NCBI GenBank assembly: GCA_050246755.1
Contig: JBFWVL010000001.1
Coordinates: 1,280,001 to 1,344,000, forward strand
DNA: 64,000 nucleotides
Reading direction: 5' to 3'
Source of the DNA: Bacteriovoracia bacterium
GTDB lineage: Bacteria > Bdellovibrionota > UBA1018 > CAIPTA01
Shown: one piece after another, positions 59,397 to 64,000 of the stretch
How the letters are laid out: each line of letters opens with the position of its first letter
Position numbering within the stretch: the first letter of the stretch is position 1
Program-made: the position numbers and the translations under genes
Notes under the pieces: generated by a model
What the model was told of the DNA's origin: nothing
Database searches by the model: none
The model's input: only the letters and a program-made list of their open reading frames with translations

Positions 59397-60880
59397 TGAG
59401 CAAGACGAAACTCAGCAAGTCCAGAGTTGTCCTCGGCCTCCAGTGTTCCAAGGCACTCTACCTCTCCATTCATAAACCGGAGCTGGCGGAGGATGTCTCG
59501 GAGTCGCAACAGTTGATGTTTGATCAAGGGCACTCTGTGGGATTGCTGGCTCAAACTCGATTCCCTGGCGGCGTCGCTATAGATGCCCCGCCTACGGATT
59601 CGCAGGCCGCGCTCAAGAAAACGGCGGACGCGATTGCGAGCGGCACGCTTACGCTCTATGAGGCGACGTTTTGTCACGATGATGTACTTGTGAAGGTCGA
59701 TGTTCTAAATCGAGAGAGCCCTCGCCACGCCTGGGAAATAGTCGAAGTGAAATCATCAACGCAGGTGAAGGACGTTCACCTTTCGGATGTGGCCGTGCAG
59801 GTATGGGTGTGCCGAGGGGCCGGGCTCAAAGTGAAGACAGCTTCGGTAATGACTATCAACAATCAGTGCGTGTTACCCGATCTTTCTGATCTGTTCACAC
59901 TGACCGATGTTACTCAGGAGATCGACGACCATCTTAGTGATCTGCCGAAGGCGATAGCCGGGTTCAAGAAGATGCTGGCGACGACAGCGCAGCCGAATAT
60001 CGACATTGGCCCACACTGCGATGATCCCTATGATTGCAATTTCAAACCCCATTGCTGGTCGGCCAAGAAGATTCCAACAATTTCTGTATTCGATGTGCCC
60101 AGGCTTGCCACGAACAAAAAATGGGATTTTTATGGGAAAGGTAAGGTTCAACTCGCAAGCCTCGATGTGAGCGCATTCAACCAGACCCAAGTCCGAATGA
60201 TCGAATGCACCGTGAATGGGAAACGGTTCATGGATTCGGCAGGCATTGCTGCCGCATTAAAGGATTGGAAATTTCCACTGGCATTTTTGGATTTTGAAAC
60301 CGTCGGCTATGCCATCCCGAGGTATCCCAACCAGCGGCCTTATCAGCAAATTCCTTTTCAGTTCAGTTGCCACGTTCGAGCGACAAAGAAATCCACGCTA
60401 GAGCACCATGAATTCCTGAATGAATCCGACGCAGACCCTCGCGAAGCCATCAGCAAAGCTCTCTTGGACTCAGTTCCCAAAAGCGGAAGCGTTGTCGCAT
60501 ACAACATGGGCTTTGAAAGCGGCGTTTTGAAATCGCTCGCCGAAATGTTTCCGAAGTACCGCGCGCGGCTGTTGGAAATTGACGAACGCCTTGTCGATCC
60601 GTTGCCGATCATCCGATCCCACGTTTACGATCCAGAATTTCGCGGTAGCTTCAGCATCAAGGCCGTTGCCCCGGCCCTCCTTGGGAAATCTGCAAGTTAC
60701 GACGGCATGGCTGTTGGTGATGGTGGCGACGCGCAGGTGGCTTACCTTAGTATGACCGATCCAAAAACCGAGCCCGCCGAAAGAGCCCGTCTCCGACAAG
60801 CTCTCTTGGAGTATTGCCGCAAGGACACCTTGGGAATGGTTGATTTAGTTGATTGGCTATTTCAATCTTCTACGTCGTGA
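59393..60880 (+). CDS. DUF2779-type protein: Cas4/RecB-like nuclease plus RNase H-like exonuclease domain
   Basis: LSKS....LQCSK, VDVL...EVKSST, CDDPYDCNFKPHC; FLDFET, QIPFQFS, YNMGFE, SIKAV, LLEYCRKDT. Confidence 0.8.
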   Translation: MMSKTKLSKSRVVLGLQCSKALYLSIHKPELAEDVSESQQLMFDQGHSVGLLAQTRFPGGVAIDAPPTDSQAALKKTADAIASGTLTLYEATFCHDDVLVKVDVLNRESPRHAWEIVEVKSSTQVKDVHLSDVAVQVWVCRGAGLKVKTASVMTINNQCVLPDLSDLFTLTDVTQEIDDHLSDLPKAIAGFKKMLATTAQPNIDIGPHCDDPYDCNFKPHCWSAKKIPTISVFDVPRLATNKKWDFYGKGKVQLASLDVSAFNQTQVRMIECTVNGKRFMDSAGIAAALKDWKFPLAFLDFETVGYAIPRYPNQRPYQQIPFQFSCHVRATKKSTLEHHEFLNESDADPREAISKALLDSVPKSGSVVAYNMGFESGVLKSLAEMFPKYRARLLEIDERLVDPLPIIRSHVYDPEFRGSFSIKAVAPALLGKSASYDGMAVGDGGDAQVAYLSMTDPKTEPAERARLRQALLEYCRKDTLGMVDLVDWLFQSSTS

Positions 60881-60894
60881 GGTTGATTGTTTGA

Positions 60895-61149
60895 TTACTG
60901 TCTCTTAATCATTGCAGAGGCTGAACGTAGCTTCTGATGAAACACGAATAGGTCAACTCTGTAGAGTTCTATCAACTTCGCAATCTGATTGAGGGGTGCT
61001 TTAATGGGCTTTGTTTCTATCGACCTGATTTTAGATGGGGGTTCTCCGACTAAGCCAGCAACAAGATCAACGGTGAGCTGCGCTCTCACTCTTTGAGATA
61101 TTAAAAAATCACTTAGGATCTTGTTTGCTTGGTTCACCCTAGTATCCAT
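60895..61149 (-). CDS. XRE-family HTH protein
   Basis: LISQRVRAQLTVDLVAGLVG...IRSIE...IAKLIELY. Confidence 0.6.
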   Translation of the reverse strand: MDTRVNQANKILSDFLISQRVRAQLTVDLVAGLVGEPPSKIRSIETKPIKAPLNQIAKLIELYRVDLFVFHQKLRSASAMIKRQ

Positions 61150-61232
61150 ATCACAGTAAACGCATATAACGCATCTGGCTCTGGTTTACTATCGTAAATC
61201 TAACATCGTAAACGATTTTTTATCATGGGAGT

Positions 61233-61451
61233 ATGAAGAATGCTAATAATGATGTCCTCGCAAAGCTCCGAAAAGACGTTATGAGCGAAATAAACAAGCA
61301 TTATAAAACCGTCGAGCAGTTTTGCTGGGAGAATGACCTTAACAAGGCGACCCTTTCTAATTTTCTTAACGATAAAAAAGACTTTAGAGTCTCTACGCTT
61401 GCCCAGATAGCCAAGGCATTAGGTAGAGAACTAAAAATCTCGTTAAATTAG
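61233..61451 (+). CDS. XRE-family HTH regulator
   Basis: TVEQFC...LNKATLSNFLN...RVSTLAQIAKALG; GGGAG RBS. Confidence 0.85.
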   Translation: MKNANNDVLAKLRKDVMSEINKHYKTVEQFCWENDLNKATLSNFLNDKKDFRVSTLAQIAKALGRELKISLN

Positions 61452-61464
61452 AAAATTTGAAGGA

Positions 61465-61641
61465 CTATTTATCGCGCCCTACAAGCGCAGAGTTAAGGAG
61501 CTTCAAGCTCACGATCCCTTGGCGATGGGCTTTCACCGCTTCGTCACGCATAACCTGCGTGAGATCAATTAGCCCTCCAGTGAGACCGACCACTAACGCT
61601 AGCTTTACCAGCCCTAGAATAATTCGTGCGATTAGGTTCAT
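61465..61641 (-). CDS. Small membrane protein (58 aa)
   Basis: Not in track. GGAGGT RBS; MNLIARIILGLVKLALVVGLTGGLIDLTQVMRDEAVKAHRQGIVSLKLLNSALVGRDK. Confidence 0.65.
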   Translation of the reverse strand: MNLIARIILGLVKLALVVGLTGGLIDLTQVMRDEAVKAHRQGIVSLKLLNSALVGRDK

Positions 61642-61704
61642 AAAAAATACCTCCGTTAAAGTTGAAAGATTGAAGTTAAATACGGTGCAAATTCCCTAGT
61701 GGAA

Positions 61705-61742
61705 AATGCCCGCCGAGTGCCCAGGCGATGCCCGGACGGCCC
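61705..61742. repeat. Candidate integrase arm-type sites (TGCCC repeats, 11-bp period)
   Basis: TGCCC at 61707, 61718, 61729 plus GGCCC at 61738; same motif as the left end. Confidence 0.6.
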
Positions 61743-61814
61743 GTTAGAAGTTGTTATTTCTGGTGATGTTTGAAGAAGTCCGAGTGAGCTAACTCACTGA
61801 ATCCATTCGTTACT

Positions 61815-61842
61815 GTTTTCGGGGGCTTGCCCCCAAGAGAGA
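61815..61842 (-). terminator. GC-rich hairpin downstream of tRNA-Ser
   Basis: GGGGG-CTTG-CCCCC about 30-40 nt beyond the tRNA 3' end; no clear U-tract on the tRNA strand. Confidence 0.3.
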
Positions 61843-61862
61843 GACTATTCGCAATCTAAAGT

Positions 61863-61952
61863 TGGCGGAGAGAGAGAGATTCGAACTCTCGATACTCTTT
61901 CGAGTATGCACCCTTAGCAAGGGTGTGCCTTCGGCCACTCGGCCATCTCTCC
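61863..61952 (-). tRNA. tRNA-Ser(GCT)
   Basis: Reverse complement GGAGAGATGGCCGAGTGG...CACCCTT-GCT-AAGGGTG, long variable arm, GTTCGAATC, ...CTCCGCCA. Confidence 0.96.
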
Positions 61953-61976
61953 GAATGCGAAACGTAACAAATTAAA

Positions 61977-62053
61977 TGGTGCGCAGGAGAGGAATCGAAC
62001 CTCCGACCTCCAGATTCGTAGTCTGATGCTCTATCCAACTGAGCTACCCGCGC
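61977..62053 (-). tRNA. tRNA-Arg(ACG)
   Basis: Reverse complement GCGCGGGTAGCTCAGTTGGATAGAGC...CT-ACG-AA...GGTTCGATTCC...GCGCACCA. Confidence 0.96.
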
Positions 62054-62203
62054 AACGCTGAAATTCTCGTCGCACAATACTGTACTCTTTCAGGAAAACG
62101 CAAGCATTCCTTACCTCTGGACTTCATGCCGCTTGAGGGGAAGCTCGGCTCTCGATATAGTGGTCCACTTGGCTAAATTGAATTTACGCGGAGCATAAAA
62201 ACA

Positions 62204-63571
62204 ATGAATTCCTCTATTTTTCGTGAATACGATATCCGGGGCATTGCCGGAAAAGACCTTAGCGCGGATTTTGCGCGCTGCCTGGGACGAGCTTATGTCC
62301 GCCTGGCAGAAGCCCGTACCAAAAGAATAGGCCTAAATATCGCGGTTGGCCGCGATTGCCGGCTTAGCGGAGAAGAATATTCCAGGGCCCTGATGGAGGG
62401 AATTATGCAGGCGGGGGCTAAAGTACATTATTTGGGTTTAGTAACCACCCCCATGACCTACTTTGCCACGCACCAAGCCGGCGTGGATGGTTCGATTATG
62501 GTTACGGGCTCTCATAACCCTCCAAACTATAATGGCTTCAAGATTTGTATCGGCAAAGGGACGCTTTTTGGAAGCGATATCCAAGAGCTTCGCCAGCTAA
62601 TGGAGAATGACAAGCACGAAAAAGAACCGATTAAAATCCCGCCGCCCCCTCAAGATATTTTTCCGGCTTATACCGATTTCCTCCTGTCGAACATAAAAAT
62701 TAAGCGACCGTTAAAAATCGTGGTCGACGCCGGCAATGGCGCCGGTTCCCATTTCGGCCCAACGATCTACCGTAAGCTTGGTTGCGAAGTGGTGGAGCTC
62801 TTCTGCGAGCCAGACGGAAATTTTCCCAATCACCCGGCTGACCCGACCGTGGAAAGCAATCTCCAGGATATCGTGGCGGCCGTAAAAAAAGAGAAGGCCG
62901 ATTGCGGCATCGCCTTTGATGGCGATGCCGATCGCATCGGCGTGGTAAATGAAAAAGGCGAAATTCTTTGGGGTGATGAACTAATGATAATTTTTGCCCG
63001 CGATGTACTGAAAGCGCATCCTGGCGCCACCATTATTTCCGAGGTAAAGAGCTCGCATCGCCTTTATACTGATATCGAAAAGCACGGCGGCAAAGGTTTG
63101 ATGTGGAAAACCGGCCATTCCTTAATCAAATCAAAAATGAAAGAGACCGGCGCTAAATTGGCCGGCGAAATGAGCGGACATATTTTCTTTGCGGATCGCT
63201 TCTTCGGTTTTGACGATGCGGTTTACGCCGGCGCCCGTTTTCTCGAAATCCTCGCGAACACGAATGGCAAAGCCTCCGATCTTTTAGCGGGCGTGCCCAA
63301 AACGGTAAACACTCCGGAAATCCGCGTGGACTGCGACGACGACAAGAAGTTTGCCGTGGTGGAAAAAATCCAGGCTTCCTTGCGGACAAAATACCGCACG
63401 AATGAGATCGACGGTATCCGGGTAGAATTCGGAGACGCCTGGGGCTTGGTTCGCGCGTCGAATACGCAACCCGTGATCGTGATGCGGTTTGAGGCTCAGT
63501 CTCAGGCCCGGCTTGATGAGATTCGTGGTATAATCGAGGGTGAGGCGCGTAAAGCTGGGCTGAAGATTTAA
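62204..63571 (+). CDS. Phosphomannomutase/phosphoglucomutase
   Basis: IFREYDIRG, VTGSHNP, FDGDADR, GEMSGH, VRASNT. Confidence 0.95.
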   Translation: MNSSIFREYDIRGIAGKDLSADFARCLGRAYVRLAEARTKRIGLNIAVGRDCRLSGEEYSRALMEGIMQAGAKVHYLGLVTTPMTYFATHQAGVDGSIMVTGSHNPPNYNGFKICIGKGTLFGSDIQELRQLMENDKHEKEPIKIPPPPQDIFPAYTDFLLSNIKIKRPLKIVVDAGNGAGSHFGPTIYRKLGCEVVELFCEPDGNFPNHPADPTVESNLQDIVAAVKKEKADCGIAFDGDADRIGVVNEKGEILWGDELMIIFARDVLKAHPGATIISEVKSSHRLYTDIEKHGGKGLMWKTGHSLIKSKMKETGAKLAGEMSGHIFFADRFFGFDDAVYAGARFLEILANTNGKASDLLAGVPKTVNTPEIRVDCDDDKKFAVVEKIQASLRTKYRTNEIDGIRVEFGDAWGLVRASNTQPVIVMRFEAQSQARLDEIRGIIEGEARKAGLKI

Positions 63572-63577
63572 GGAAAA

Positions 63578-64000
63578 ATGGCAGATCTAGAAACAACCAT
63601 CATCATTCGCGGGGCGCGCGAGCATAACCTCAAGAATATCGATCTTGATCTGCCAAAGAATTCACTCGTCGTGATTACGGGGCTGTCGGGTTCCGGTAAA
63701 TCTTCCCTGGCTTTCGATACTATCTATGCGGAGGGGCAACGCCGCTACGTGGAAAGCCTTTCGGCATACGCTCGGCAATTTCTCGAACAGATGACGAAGC
63801 CCGACGTGGACTCCCTCGAGGGGCTCGCTCCGTCTGTTTCGATCGAACAGCGAACCACCTCGCATAATCCCCGGTCCACGGTGGGGACCGTGACCGAAAT
63901 TTACGATTACATGCGCGTGCTTTGGGCAAAAGTGTCCAAGCCTGGCGCGGAAGGCGCGGAGTCTTTTTCGCACAGCCAGGAACAAATTATCGATAAAGTA
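63578..64000 (+). CDS. uvrA: Excinuclease ABC subunit A (start only; runs off window)
   Basis: Not in track. [12 protein letters not shown]...[36 protein letters not shown]...[15 protein letters not shown]. Confidence 0.96.
   Translation, partial: MADLETTIIIRGAREHNLKNIDLDLPKNSLVVITGLSGSGKSSLAFDTIYAEGQRRYVESLSAYARQFLEQMTKPDVDSLEGLAPSVSIEQRTTSHNPRSTVGTVTEIYDYMRVLWAKVSKPGAEGAESFSHSQEQIIDKV

Larger units (their letters stand above)
26395..61862. mobile_element. Integrative conjugative element (~35.5 kb) at the 3' end of tRNA-Ser(GCT)
   Basis: Integrase+Xis at one end, tRNA-Ser at the other; relaxase, coupling ATPase and T4SS genes inside; degenerate tRNA 3' copy at 26395; TGCCC repeats inside both ends. 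Confidence 0.85.

Noticed and set aside
54900-59400. Retron accompanying PtuAB
   Set aside because: No reverse transcriptase (no YADD-type ORF) and no intergenic space for msr-msd.
26395-61862. Prophage
   Set aside because: No terminase, capsid, tail or lysis genes; content is conjugative.
61856-62077. 73-aa - strand ORF
   Set aside because: It is a translation of the tRNA-Arg/tRNA-Ser genes.
1-64000. CRISPR array or cas operon
   Set aside because: No regularly spaced 25-45 bp repeats seen; the only Cas4-like motif is inside the DUF2779 protein.

Overview
The window has three parts. (1) About 1-26.3 kb is ordinary chromosome of a Gram-negative bacterium; Bdellovibrionota-like is my inference from gene style only. 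It holds surface-glycosylation genes, an ABC-2 exporter, pepN, a zinc-less fpg, sua5, GST/thioesterase/map, a complete classical menaquinone operon (menF-D-H-B-A-C-E) running into an SdpA-like/HTTM pair, and several secreted hypotheticals. (2) About 26.4-61.86 kb is a ~35.5 kb integrative conjugative element (ICE) abutting the 3' end of tRNA-Ser(GCT). It carries a tyrosine integrase, Xis, a PD-(D/E)xK-type (Replic_Relax/MOBC-like) relaxase, an FtsK-type coupling ATPase and a compact VirB2/3/4/5/6/8/9/10/TraV-like transfer operon. It also carries a defence island: SNF2 helicase-DUF1156 methylase-DUF499 ATPase, a GHKL-nuclease, PtuA/PtuB (Septu-like) and further nucleases. (3) After tRNA-Ser and tRNA-Arg come a phosphomannomutase and the start of uvrA. 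The standout is a five-gene operon divergent from the transfer genes: stand-alone YcaO, a 95-aa secreted protein ending GQPSCVGGL, an oligopeptide-type solute-binding protein with no permease, a histidine kinase and a sigma54 activator. It is preceded by a canonical sigma54 promoter and five TTCAA-N5-TTG(AA) boxes. This layout suggests an undescribed YcaO-modified-peptide signalling (quorum-sensing-like) circuit that controls the ICE. All family assignments are by motif recognition; no searches were run.
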